Assembly (NCBI GenBank): GCA_963840855.1
Contig: CAWJBB010000061.1
Coordinates: forward strand, 1 to 64,000
DNA from: an uncultured delta proteobacterium
GTDB lineage: Bacteria > Desulfobacterota > Binatia > UBA9968
Direction of reading: 5' to 3'
Length of the DNA: 64,000 nucleotides
The stretch's first letter is position 1; the number at the start of each line of letters is the position of its first letter. A program made the position numbers and the translations under genes. Below the pieces are notes generated by a model. That model did no database searches. It had not been told where the DNA came from and saw nothing but the letters and a program-made list of their open reading frames with translations. Shown here piece after piece: positions 50,168 to 59,025 of this stretch.

Positions 50168-51721
50168 ATGAAGCGTTCAATAATCGTGGGCCTAATTTGC
50201 TTATGGGGCATGTCAGTTCTCCCGGCACGAGGCGCATCGGTGCAGCCCAAGAGGGGCGGAACCATCACCCTCGCCACGCAGAACGATCTGGTTACGATGA
50301 ATCCGATGGTGCGAACGGCGTCAACAGAGAGGCTCATGCGCATGTTGATGTTCGATTCTCTGCTCGGCAGCGATCTTCAGGGAAAAGTGCAACCTAATCT
50401 CGCTGAGTCATGGGAAACCTCCTCGGACGGAAAAATTTACACCTTTCGCCTGCGCAAGGCGGTCATGTTTCACAACGGTAAGGAATTGTCGTCGGAAGAC
50501 GTCAAGTTTTCCATGAACTACACCATGGAGCCCAAGAATGGCGCCTACGGCTTCTCGCAACTCAGTTTAGTGGAGCGCGTGGAGGCGCCGGAAAAGTATC
50601 TACTGCGGGTGTACCTTAAAAAGCCGAGCGCGGTATTATTGTCGTCGTTGGCGGGCATCCAATCCTTTCCCGTCATCCCTAACGGCTCTCTCGAGGCGGG
50701 GCCCATGAAACCCACACAGTTCCCACCCGGGACCGGCCCCTTCAGGTTCGTCGAGTGGTTACCTGCCCAACGAGTGGTTTTTCAGCGTTTTGAGAATCAT
50801 TGGGGCCATAAAGCGTACGTGGACAGATTGGTGATCCGACCGATTGCCGACACGACCGTGCGTTTTACGGCTTTGCAAGCCGGAGACGTAGATATCGTAG
50901 AACGCACTCCCTACGAGTGGATGAAGCAGGTGGTCGAAGGCAAAGTCAAAGGCATCGGATCAGTCAAGGCCGCCACCGCGGGCTACCGTCGATTGATTTT
51001 CAATTTAACGCAGCCGCCTTTGAATAACAAAAAATTACGAGAGGCGATTGCCTATGCCGTCGATAAGAAGGAGATGCTCGATGCTGCGTATATGGGGTTC
51101 GGCGAGCCCACCGATCAGAAATATCCCAAAGACAACATGTGGCACGTTAAGGGAGCGCGCACGTATGCCCAGGATTTGAATAAAGCCAGGTCGCTTTTGA
51201 AAGAGGCGGACTACAAAGGCGAGGTCCTCGAAGTGCTTGCCGACCGGGCGCCTTTTCAGAGCACGGAAGTAACCATACTCCAGAGTCAACTCAAAAAGAT
51301 CGGCGTCGCGGTCAAGCTGAATATGGTCGAGTGGAGCGCCTATCGAGAACTACAGCGCAAGGGTAATTTTCATCTAATGATGTATGGTGGCAGCATTGAT
51401 CCGGATCCGTCTCTAACCTATGGGCCGGATTTTGGATGCGAGCAGGACCTCAAAAGCCGCAGCTCCAACATGCCGGGTTACTGCAACAAGGAAATCGACG
51501 CCCTGCTGGCGAAGGCGGAGTTGGAATCGGACAACAAGAAACGGAAGGAGCTTTTCGATCGGATCATTATCAAGATCAGCGACGACTTGCCGGAGCTACC
51601 GATCGGCTATGTGCCTCGATTTTACACGTTCCGCGACTATGTGAAGGGCTTCACCGTCAACGATGAAGGGGAATTTCAGTTCTATGGCGGAGGGCTGAGT
51701 CACGCCTGGTTGGACAAATAG
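50168..51721 (+). CDS. ABC transporter substrate-binding protein family 5 (DppA/OppA-like)
   Basis: PKRGGT, PNLAESWE.S.DG..YTFRLRK.V.FHNG, GTGPFRFVEW, LQAGDVD; RBS GGAGG. Confidence 0.95.
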   Translation: MKRSIIVGLICLWGMSVLPARGASVQPKRGGTITLATQNDLVTMNPMVRTASTERLMRMLMFDSLLGSDLQGKVQPNLAESWETSSDGKIYTFRLRKAVMFHNGKELSSEDVKFSMNYTMEPKNGAYGFSQLSLVERVEAPEKYLLRVYLKKPSAVLLSSLAGIQSFPVIPNGSLEAGPMKPTQFPPGTGPFRFVEWLPAQRVVFQRFENHWGHKAYVDRLVIRPIADTTVRFTALQAGDVDIVERTPYEWMKQVVEGKVKGIGSVKAATAGYRRLIFNLTQPPLNNKKLREAIAYAVDKKEMLDAAYMGFGEPTDQKYPKDNMWHVKGARTYAQDLNKARSLLKEADYKGEVLEVLADRAPFQSTEVTILQSQLKKIGVAVKLNMVEWSAYRELQRKGNFHLMMYGGSIDPDPSLTYGPDFGCEQDLKSRSSNMPGYCNKEIDALLAKAELESDNKKRKELFDRIIIKISDDLPELPIGYVPRFYTFRDYVKGFTVNDEGEFQFYGGGLSHAWLDK

Positions 51722-51807
51722 GAAACACTGGAGCCCCAACACCCCGAACAAAACTCGTGTCAAAAGGCACCGAGACGCAACAAACGGAGAAGCGATATCA
51801 CGAAACA

Positions 51808-51985
51808 TATATTCTTGGGCTGAAGCCATCAAAATCTTCCGTCCCAAAACCGTCATCATCCACCATCACGACAACTGGCAGGTGCCATTTTCAGTGGAGA
51901 TCGCGATCGAACCGCAAACGGGTCCAGCGGATGGAGGTCGGAATCAAGTGGTCCGATGGGAATATCAAAGTCATCAATCAGGGGC
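51808..51985 (+). pseudogene. C-terminal remnant of a metallo-beta-lactamase-fold hydrolase
   Basis: WAEAIKIFRPKTVIIHHHDNWQVPFS resembles the l.Pk.viP.Hyd C-terminal strand of MBL-fold (UlaG-like) proteins; no N-terminal part is present. Confidence 0.45.
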
Positions 51986-51993
51986 AATGTGCG

Positions 51994-52377
51994 ATGAAGA
52001 CAAAAGGCGAAATCGAAGCCGAGATCAGTCAAGCCATCGTCCAATTCGAGATCGATTACATGGGCCGCGGCCCGAAAGAAACGCGCACCCATATCGTCGA
52101 AGACTTGGTTGTCGTTCGCCTCAAAGGCGTTTTGACCCCGGCGGAAGAACAATTGACAAAGTCGATCGAGGGCAAAGATCTGGTCAAAAAAATGCGCGCA
52201 ACTCTGATCGACAAAGCGCGCCCGCTTTTGTACCAGGTCGTTGGCGATATCACTGGCACGAAAATTCTCGATCTGCATACCGACATCAGCACGGAATCCG
52301 GTGAACGGGTCTTTGTCTTTTCCCTCGATAACAACCTGCCGAAAGCCGTGCGCGCGCCAAGGGCTCTTGACATATGA
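51994..52377 (+). CDS. DUF2294 (MpsC/YbcI-like) protein
   Basis: KTKGEIEAEIS.AI..FE..YMGRGPKE, LKGVLTPAE..L, LVKKMR..L, LHTDISTESGERVFVFSL. Confidence 0.88.
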   Translation: MKTKGEIEAEISQAIVQFEIDYMGRGPKETRTHIVEDLVVVRLKGVLTPAEEQLTKSIEGKDLVKKMRATLIDKARPLLYQVVGDITGTKILDLHTDISTESGERVFVFSLDNNLPKAVRAPRALDI

Positions 52378-52404
52378 CAGCATCGTTCCTATAAGCTAAG
52401 CCCC

Positions 52405-52504
52405 AAAGTCTGACGATTTCCCGAAGGGTTGGTTGAAATCAATCTAACCAGTCGGGGAATGGGCCGACCTAGGAAACTCAGGTTTCCGGTCGGCCTTTTT
52501 ATTT
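52405..52504 (+). promoter_or_regulatory. Candidate attenuator: bulged hairpin directly followed by an intrinsic terminator
   Basis: ATTTCCCGA(52416-24)/TCGGGGAAT(52452-60), AGGG bulge, TTGGTT/AACCAG; terminator GGCCGACC..GGAAAC-TCAG-GTTTCC-GGTCGGCC-TTTTTATTT. Confidence 0.65.
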
Positions 52505-52551
52505 GGCTCAAGCTGTCTTCAAAGGCGCTAGTTAACAAGGGAGGTGTGAAC

Positions 52552-52710
52552 ATGAACTCTACGATTTACGTGATCACCGGCGTGTTCCTCGTCATCTTGG
52601 GCGTCGTTGGTATCTACTACATTCGCCAAGCACCCGGATTAGCTCTCTTCGCTTCGATGGGTCTGCTTGCGGGAATCGCGATGATAGCCAAGGCCAACAA
52701 GAAATTCTGA
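52552..52710 (+). CDS. 52-aa small membrane protein (two hydrophobic helices)
   Basis: Strong RBS AAGGGAGGTG; MNSTIYVITGVFLVILGVVGIYYIRQAPGLALFASMGLLAGIAMIAKANKKF. Confidence 0.7.
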   Translation: MNSTIYVITGVFLVILGVVGIYYIRQAPGLALFASMGLLAGIAMIAKANKKF

Positions 52711-52859
52711 GTTAGACGCGCACCGCATTGACCGCTGTCTCTTTTGCTTTTCGGGACTGCGTGCGATGTATCGAGCGCGGCAAAGATTTGGCAGAAGATC
52801 GTGATTCTGGATAGCCTTGCTATTCGCGGCGACACGCTTCTCGGAACACGGGTCGATCT

Positions 52860-52914
52860 GTTCCAATAGTTCCAATCGTTCCAGCCGTTCCAAACGTTTT
52901 GAACGCTTTGAACC
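52860..52914. repeat. 9-nt GTTCCA / TTGAAC tandem repeat
   Basis: gttccaata gttccaatc gttccagcc gttccaaac gttttgaac gctttgaac. Confidence 0.75.
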
Positions 52915-52929
52915 TAATTTATGCGCCCG

Positions 52930-54507
52930 TCAGCTCATCTGCTCCTTCACTTGATATTTCCCCTCCCCGTCTTGCGTAATCTTTCCCTCTTGATGCAGCT
53001 GGCCCACGGCCGTGGCGATGGCCCGATATTCCACTTGCGGGAATTGATCCAGTAGATCGGCGAAGAAGCAGTGGGAGTTTTTAAGAGCCGCGAGAATTTT
53101 CTCCGATAGCGTCTCGACAGTTTCAGATCGCTTTGCCTCGGCTCTTTCCTTCGCGGGCTCAGCGACTTCGCCCAGGTAGTTATTCAAATTCACTTTGCCT
53201 TGATTGAAATAAACGATCCGGTTGTAGCGGCTGCGCGGCACGTCGTCGGGAATCGTCGCGTCGATGCCCATCTTGGCCGTGGTCGGAATGCGCCCCGGAG
53301 TCGGTACCAGCGACGGGTCTAATGGTTTCGAGCGCGCGTTGGAAACGATCAATACGTCTTTGTCCGCCTGAACACGGGTGGCGATCGCCCACTCGACGTC
53401 CGTGGGATCGAAAACGTCTATATCATCATCGACGATGGTGACATGCTTGATATCCGCGATGGAAAGCAAAGCCATGATGGCGTTTTTGCCGTCACCCGGA
53501 ACCTTCTTGATCGCCGCAACGATATGCCAGTGACAGCAGCCGCCGGGAGTCACGTTGACCGCCGTCGCCTGCACGCCCGCTTCGTGCAACACGCGCCACG
53601 CGGCGGCCTCGTAAATCGGCGCTGACATCCAGATATTCTCCCACGGCATGTGCAGCGCGTAGTAGATTGGGTCTTTGCGGTGCATGATCGCTTTGATCCG
53701 CACATGCGGGTTTTTGTGAATGCCGCCCATGAGTCGGTTGAATTCACAAAACGGCCCTTCGGGGTAGACCCAGCCGTCGGGAAGAATTTCTCCTTCCAGG
53801 ACGATTTCCGCGTCGGCGATACAGGGAACCGGAATCGTTTCGCCGTCGGCTAATTGGAGCGGCTCACCGCGCAGGCCGCCGGCGAAGGTAAGCTCGTTAA
53901 CGCCCAGATTGGCCTTGAAGGTGGAAGCGACGCACTCGTAGGGATGGGTGCCGATGGAGATGGAAATCGGCAGCGGCTTTTTCTTTGCCATGGCCCGCTC
54001 GGTAAACCTGCGCAAGTTATTGGGCGTGACGATGTCGATGCCCGTCACGTTCTTTTCTTTGAGCATCAGCCGATACATGCCGGCGTTCATGCCGTGCTCG
54101 GGATCTTCGGCGATGACGACTCCGCCGGTGATCATAGGCCCGCCGTCCATGATGGAAAAGATCGGCACCGGCAGATCGAAGACGTTGACCTCGTTCTTCG
54201 TCAAAATCACGTCTTTGACCGGCGCGCGCTTGACGCGCTCGGGTTCGATCGGGTGATCCATCGCGTTGCGCAATTTCTCTTCGATCTTTTCGTAGGGAAC
54301 GCCCATGCCGATGGCCAAACGATTGCGCGATTGCAGCAGTCCGGAAACCACCGGCATCGAGTAGCTGCGGACCTTCTTGAAAAGCAGGGCCTTTTCGGCC
54401 TGCGCCACTAGGGCCGCGATATCGCGCGCGTCCGTAGGTTTGGCGATCTCAATCAGCTCGTCACTCTTCGTCAAATCGGCCAAGTAGCTTCTAAAACTCG
54501 CCGCCAT
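52930..54507 (-). CDS. UbiD-family (prFMN-dependent) decarboxylase with a C-terminal winged-helix-like extension
   Basis: DLPVP....DGGP.IT, NAGMYR, AEIVLEG, EGPFCEF, VDDDIDVFD..DVEWAIATR, LDPS, KMGIDAT. Confidence 0.92.
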   Translation of the reverse strand: MAASFRSYLADLTKSDELIEIAKPTDARDIAALVAQAEKALLFKKVRSYSMPVVSGLLQSRNRLAIGMGVPYEKIEEKLRNAMDHPIEPERVKRAPVKDVILTKNEVNVFDLPVPIFSIMDGGPMITGGVVIAEDPEHGMNAGMYRLMLKEKNVTGIDIVTPNNLRRFTERAMAKKKPLPISISIGTHPYECVASTFKANLGVNELTFAGGLRGEPLQLADGETIPVPCIADAEIVLEGEILPDGWVYPEGPFCEFNRLMGGIHKNPHVRIKAIMHRKDPIYYALHMPWENIWMSAPIYEAAAWRVLHEAGVQATAVNVTPGGCCHWHIVAAIKKVPGDGKNAIMALLSIADIKHVTIVDDDIDVFDPTDVEWAIATRVQADKDVLIVSNARSKPLDPSLVPTPGRIPTTAKMGIDATIPDDVPRSRYNRIVYFNQGKVNLNNYLGEVAEPAKERAEAKRSETVETLSEKILAALKNSHCFFADLLDQFPQVEYRAIATAVGQLHQEGKITQDGEGKYQVKEQMS

Positions 54508-54628
54508 GTATCGCTCCTCTCCTGTTGGCAGGCCTCAGCCAACCACGGATGAAAAAGTGTGTCAATCTAAGCTTCCCGCTTTCGCATTCAACTATGCGTA
54601 TGTTATAGAGAGCGCAGGGAGCGTCTTG

Positions 54629-55627
54629 ATGGGTTCATTCGGACTGACATTAGCCAACCGCGGCGTCATCATCGGCGCGGTGACGGTTCCCGAGCTCTTC
54701 GATATGGCGAAGCGGGGCGAAGACTCCAGCGCGTTCAGCGCCGTTTGGGTGGGCGACAGCTTGCTCGCCAAGCCTAGGCTTGAATCCATCGCTTTGCTTT
54801 CCGCGCTGGCGGCGCTCACCAAAAAGGTCAAGCTGGCGGTGGGCTGCATGGCGACCTTTCCGCACCGCCATCCGGCGCTGCTGGCGCAACAATGGGCCAG
54901 TCTCGACGTGATCTCCAACGGCCGCTCCTGGCTGGCGGTTTGCCTCGGTGGCCCCAATGAGCAAAGTCCCGCGCAAGCGCTTGAGCACAAAGTCATGGGT
55001 ATCAAAGACACCGAGCGCGTCGGCCGGCTTGAAGAAGGTATAACGATCCTGCGCAAGCTCTTTCATCAAGAAAAGGCCTCGCACAAAGGCCGCTTCTACG
55101 AATTCGACGGCGTCACCATTCAGCCCCGTCCGGTGCAAAACCCCATGCCGATTTGGATTGCCAGCAATCCCACGGGCTTGACTTGGAAGGACGGCGCCAG
55201 CGCACCGTCAGCCGCAGTTGAAAAAGGTCTAAGGCGCGTGGCGAAATTCGCCGACGGCTGGATGACCAACAAAGTAACGCCCGAGGATTTCAAATCGCAG
55301 TGGAGGCGCATTCAGGCGATGGCGAAAGAAGAAGGCCGCGATGCCGCGAAGATCGGCAGCGCCCTCTATCACAACATCACCATCAACGATAACCGCCAGG
55401 CCGCCCTGGATGAGAGCAAAGCGTTCCTGGACAAGTACTACACTTCGAACTTCAGCATGAAGTTCGTCGAGGGCTTTACCACGGCGGGGAGCCCCAAACA
55501 ATGCATTGACGAGTTGAGAGCTTACTTCGACGCCGGCATCGAGCATATCACGCTCAGAATGACGTCCTGGGACCAGACCGGCCAGTTGAATAGGTTTCTT
55601 AGCGAAGTAGTGCCGGCGTTTAAATAA
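54629..55627 (+). CDS. Luciferase-like (LLM) flavin/F420-dependent oxidoreductase
   Basis: SAVWVGDS, ALAALT.KVKL, RHPALLAQQWASLDVISNGR, PRPVQNPMPIWIA, RRVAKFADGW. Confidence 0.9.
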   Translation: MGSFGLTLANRGVIIGAVTVPELFDMAKRGEDSSAFSAVWVGDSLLAKPRLESIALLSALAALTKKVKLAVGCMATFPHRHPALLAQQWASLDVISNGRSWLAVCLGGPNEQSPAQALEHKVMGIKDTERVGRLEEGITILRKLFHQEKASHKGRFYEFDGVTIQPRPVQNPMPIWIASNPTGLTWKDGASAPSAAVEKGLRRVAKFADGWMTNKVTPEDFKSQWRRIQAMAKEEGRDAAKIGSALYHNITINDNRQAALDESKAFLDKYYTSNFSMKFVEGFTTAGSPKQCIDELRAYFDAGIEHITLRMTSWDQTGQLNRFLSEVVPAFK

Positions 55628-55649
55628 GAATTTCAGGCGGTCCAAAAGA

Positions 55650-56423
55650 ATGTTTCAAGGCATCGATCACCTGGTCATCGCCGTCAACGATCTCGATCAA
55701 GCGGCCAACGACTACCGCCAGCTCGGCTTTACCGTGGTGCCCGGCGGCAAGCATCCCGTGGGCAGCCACAACGCGCTGGTCGCCTTCGAAGACGGCTCCT
55801 ATCTCGAAATCATCGCATTTTACCGCGAGGCCCTCGATCACCGCTGGTGGGACCCATTACAAAAGGGCGAACGGCTGGTGGACTATTGCATGCAGACCGA
55901 TGACCTCGCCGGCGACACGCGCAAACTGCGCGAGTGTGGCGTGGCGATCAACGATCCCGTGCCCTGGTCGCGCATCCGTCCGGACGGTCACGAGCTTGAA
56001 TGGCTCCTTTCCCTCGCCACGGGCTCGCACCGCGGCGTGGCGCCTTTTCTCATTCAAGACGTGACACCTCGAGAAGAACGCATCCCACGCCACCGGGAAC
56101 ATGAAAACGGCGCCGCGGGTATCGGTACACTGACCATCGCCGTTGGCGAAATATCGAAAATCGATCATTGGTACCAGACCATTCTGGGACGCCAGCCCCA
56201 ACCCGTGGTCGACGACGCGCTGGAAGCCCAGGGATTATGCTTTAAGGTCGGTCCGCACCAGATCGAATTCATGATGCCGGTCACGCCGGATAGCCCGCTG
56301 GTCAACTGGATGAAACAATACGGCCCGTCGCCCTACGCCGCCACCCTGCGCACCAAGCGCAACGAGCCTCTGCTATTCGATCAAAAGCTGCTGCACGGAG
56401 CGGATCTTTCCTTTGGCATCTAA
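55650..56423 (+). CDS. VOC family protein (Glyoxalase_3-like)
   Basis: IDHLVIAV.DL, LGFTVVPGGKHP.GSHNALV.F.DGSYLE, RPDG..LEW, PFLIQD.TPR. Confidence 0.9.
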   Translation: MFQGIDHLVIAVNDLDQAANDYRQLGFTVVPGGKHPVGSHNALVAFEDGSYLEIIAFYREALDHRWWDPLQKGERLVDYCMQTDDLAGDTRKLRECGVAINDPVPWSRIRPDGHELEWLLSLATGSHRGVAPFLIQDVTPREERIPRHREHENGAAGIGTLTIAVGEISKIDHWYQTILGRQPQPVVDDALEAQGLCFKVGPHQIEFMMPVTPDSPLVNWMKQYGPSPYAATLRTKRNEPLLFDQKLLHGADLSFGI

Positions 56424-56513
56424 CGGCATCGCGGTTTCCTTACTCGCATCCTCTTCAGCGTAAGCCGTCGTTAAGCGTAATCCATAACAAGCATTAGGAC
56501 CACACTAAAAACC

Positions 56514-56960
56514 ATGACGCCATCCGATGCGGCCAGTTTCAACGTCACTTCCTATCGGGTTATTTACGGCGACACGGACAAGATGGGCATCGTCTATTAC
56601 GCCAATTACTTGCGCTGGTTCGAGCGCGGGCGCTGCGAGTTCCTGCGCCAGTTGGGTGTGCCCTACGGAGATATCGAGGCGCGCGGCATTCATTTTCCCG
56701 TCGTCGAAGCCAGCTGCCGCTACGTCAAACCGGCGCATTACGACGATGTGGTGTTGATCGAAACCAGGCTCGATTCGCTGAGCCGGAGAACGCTGATTTT
56801 CAGCTACCGCATTTTGCGCGAGGGCGAAGACGTGGCGCTGGCCACCGGCTCAACCAAGCATGCTTGCGTCGACGGCGCGGGAAAGGTTTTAACAACCCCG
56901 ACCGATCTGGTGCGGATATTGGAACAGGCAGTGGCGCAAGAAACGTCGGGGAAAGTGTAG
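56514..56960 (+). CDS. Acyl-CoA thioesterase (YbgC/4HBT family)
   Basis: RVIYGDTDKMGIVYYANYLRWFE.GR, PVVEA.CRY..PAHYDD. Confidence 0.93.
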   Translation: MTPSDAASFNVTSYRVIYGDTDKMGIVYYANYLRWFERGRCEFLRQLGVPYGDIEARGIHFPVVEASCRYVKPAHYDDVVLIETRLDSLSRRTLIFSYRILREGEDVALATGSTKHACVDGAGKVLTTPTDLVRILEQAVAQETSGKV

Positions 56961-56981
56961 CGGCGAGCACACCGCGTGTGC

Positions 56982-57105
56982 GGTTCAAAAGTTCAACATT
57001 CAAGGGCTTCGTACGTTCGTTCAACGTTTAACGTCCCCCACGTCCCAACCTTGAACTTAGCGAAACCTTGAACCGCGCCAAAGGCGCCACGTCGAACTTT
57101 GAACC
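56982..57105. repeat. Inverted GTTCAA / TTGAAC repeat element between convergent genes
   Basis: ggttcaaaagttcaacattcaa...aacgtcccccacgtcccaaccttgaac...cttgaacc...tttgaacc; the spacer resembles that at 24848-24863. Confidence 0.75.
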
Positions 57106-57158
57106 AGTAGACGGATTAACCGTGCTCGGAGGAGCCTGGCCCGGGGACACCAGGTACC

Positions 57159-58328
57159 TCAATCGTGACCTTGATCATGACCGCCGCATTCGGCAATCGC
57201 CTGCTCGAGTTCGTCTTTTACTTCCGGATCACCTTCAAGGTCCAACCGCTCGCGCAACGCCCGCGCCGCATGGTCGCCGCCAATCCGTCCCAGCGCCCAA
57301 GCCGCATGGCCGCGCACCAACGGCTCATCGTCAAGCAGCGCCAGCACCAGCGCGGGCACGGCCTCTGGAGAACCGCTGTTACCCAGCGCCACCGCGACGT
57401 TGCGCAGGAAACCGCGGCGCTTGGCGCGCCGCACCGGACTGCCGCGAAAGCGGCGGCGAAATTCCTCCTCGCTCAGCGACAGGAGCTCGGTCAGCTCGGG
57501 AGCATGGAGCCCGTCCCTGGGCTCGAAGGCCGCCTCGGTACTGGGCCGCGCCTTGACATTGTATGGGCAGATCTCCTGGCAGATATCGCAGCCAAAGACG
57601 TGATTGCCGATAAGCGGCCGGAGATGGCGTGGCATCCAGCCCTTGATCTCGATGGTCAAGTAGGAAATACAGCGGCGCGCGTCTAAAATATACGGCCCGA
57701 CGAATGCCTGTGTCGGGCATGCTTTTATGCACAGATCGCAGCTACCGCAGCGGTCGCGTATGGGCTTGTCATAAGCGAGAGAAACGCTCAGAAACAGCTC
57801 GCCGAGAAAGAACCACGAGCCTTTTTTCGGTGATATCAGGTTTGTGTTTTTGCCGATCCAGCCGAGCCCCGCCACGCCGGCAAAGTTCCGCTCCAACACC
57901 GGCCCCGAGTCGACAAAAGCCCGGCCCTCCACTGGCCCATCGTAGAAGCCTATGATTTTCGCGAGCAGGGAATCGAGCCTGCGCGTCATCAGCTCGTGAT
58001 AATCATCACCCCAGGCATATCGCGAAATCCAACCCCTGGTTCCCTTCGCCTGCCCTGGACGGTCATAGGCGGTATGATAATTCAAACCCAGGGAAACCAC
58101 TGACACCGCCCACGGAACAAGCTCCTCAGGCCGGCGGCGCAAATCGGCCGTGCGCGCCATATAACCCATCTCGCCGGCAAATCCCCGGCGCAACCAATCG
58201 GCAAATGAGCTTTCATGGGCCGGCGGGCGGACGGGGGAAATGCCTACAAGCTCGAAACCCAGACGCTGCGCTTCCTCTTTGATCCTGAGTGACAACGCAG
58301 CTATGGTATGAGCGGGCATAGAATTCAT
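57159..58328 (-). CDS. queG: tRNA epoxyqueuosine reductase
   Basis: ISRYAWGDDYH, FVDSGPVLER, AGLGWIGKN, CGSCDLCIKACP, RCISYLTIE, FGCDICQEICP, C-terminal HEAT repeat. Confidence 0.95.
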   Translation of the reverse strand: MNSMPAHTIAALSLRIKEEAQRLGFELVGISPVRPPAHESSFADWLRRGFAGEMGYMARTADLRRRPEELVPWAVSVVSLGLNYHTAYDRPGQAKGTRGWISRYAWGDDYHELMTRRLDSLLAKIIGFYDGPVEGRAFVDSGPVLERNFAGVAGLGWIGKNTNLISPKKGSWFFLGELFLSVSLAYDKPIRDRCGSCDLCIKACPTQAFVGPYILDARRCISYLTIEIKGWMPRHLRPLIGNHVFGCDICQEICPYNVKARPSTEAAFEPRDGLHAPELTELLSLSEEEFRRRFRGSPVRRAKRRGFLRNVAVALGNSGSPEAVPALVLALLDDEPLVRGHAAWALGRIGGDHAARALRERLDLEGDPEVKDELEQAIAECGGHDQGHD

Positions 58329-58516
58329 CGTGGCAGTACGGCTGGCGCAGCGGCAAAAGCAAAAATGCGGCGCAGCGCGAAACGATTCTAACTGTAGTCT
58401 TAGACGAGGTACAACAAAAAGCCGCGGGCGGTGTGCCCGGAACAATATTTTCGATGTTGAGTCTAAAGTCGTAACCCAAGACCCTAGACTCAAGAGCCGG
58501 GACAATTCCCGTATGT

Positions 58517-58963
58517 TCAGTGCAAGAAGGTATCGCTGTCGGGGCCAGGCTCTTCCTCATCAAGCAAAGCACGCCGCCCGGCAAAGCCATCCTCTATACG
58601 GTGCCAATGGCTCACCGCCTGTTCGCCCAATTGCCAGCAGAGGAACACGACCTCCGGCCCGAGCATGCAAGGAAAATCGACGAGCCCTTGTTCGACTCCC
58701 TTGCAGATGCAGCCATAACCGTGAATTTCATCGACCCCAAGCGTTACCTGGTGCAATAGGCGGGCGATGTCCGCATCCTCGCGCAGGCGATCCATCAAAT
58801 TCGGCGCCTCAGGATCGAGTTGCTGGTTCCGGATCACGATTTCGCTCTTGCTCTTGAGGCGCCTGATGTTTTCTAGAATATTTTCCAGCAACGGGCGCAG
58901 CGCCGGCAGCAAGGCGTTGGCTTCCTCGACGGTAAAGAGTTTGGAGAACTGAGAGCGATCCAT
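58517..58963 (-). CDS. DUF2203 family protein
   Basis: FTVEEANALLP, K....GLVDFP, VFLCWQLGE..V.HWH....GFAGRR. Confidence 0.9.
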   Translation of the reverse strand: MDRSQFSKLFTVEEANALLPALRPLLENILENIRRLKSKSEIVIRNQQLDPEAPNLMDRLREDADIARLLHQVTLGVDEIHGYGCICKGVEQGLVDFPCMLGPEVVFLCWQLGEQAVSHWHRIEDGFAGRRALLDEEEPGPDSDTFLH

Positions 58964-59025
58964 TGGACTACAATTTTACTTGATGAATGCCGGCTTTTCC
59001 TCGGCTTCGCGCTACTCGATCATTG

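Noticed and set aside
51757-51993. N-terminal extension on DUF2294
   Set aside because: It derives from an upstream gene remnant; the family start MKTKGE is at 51994
52405-52504. Assignment to a named riboswitch class (Na+, Li+, guanidine)
   Set aside because: I cannot verify a consensus match from memory, so it is reported only as a candidate attenuator
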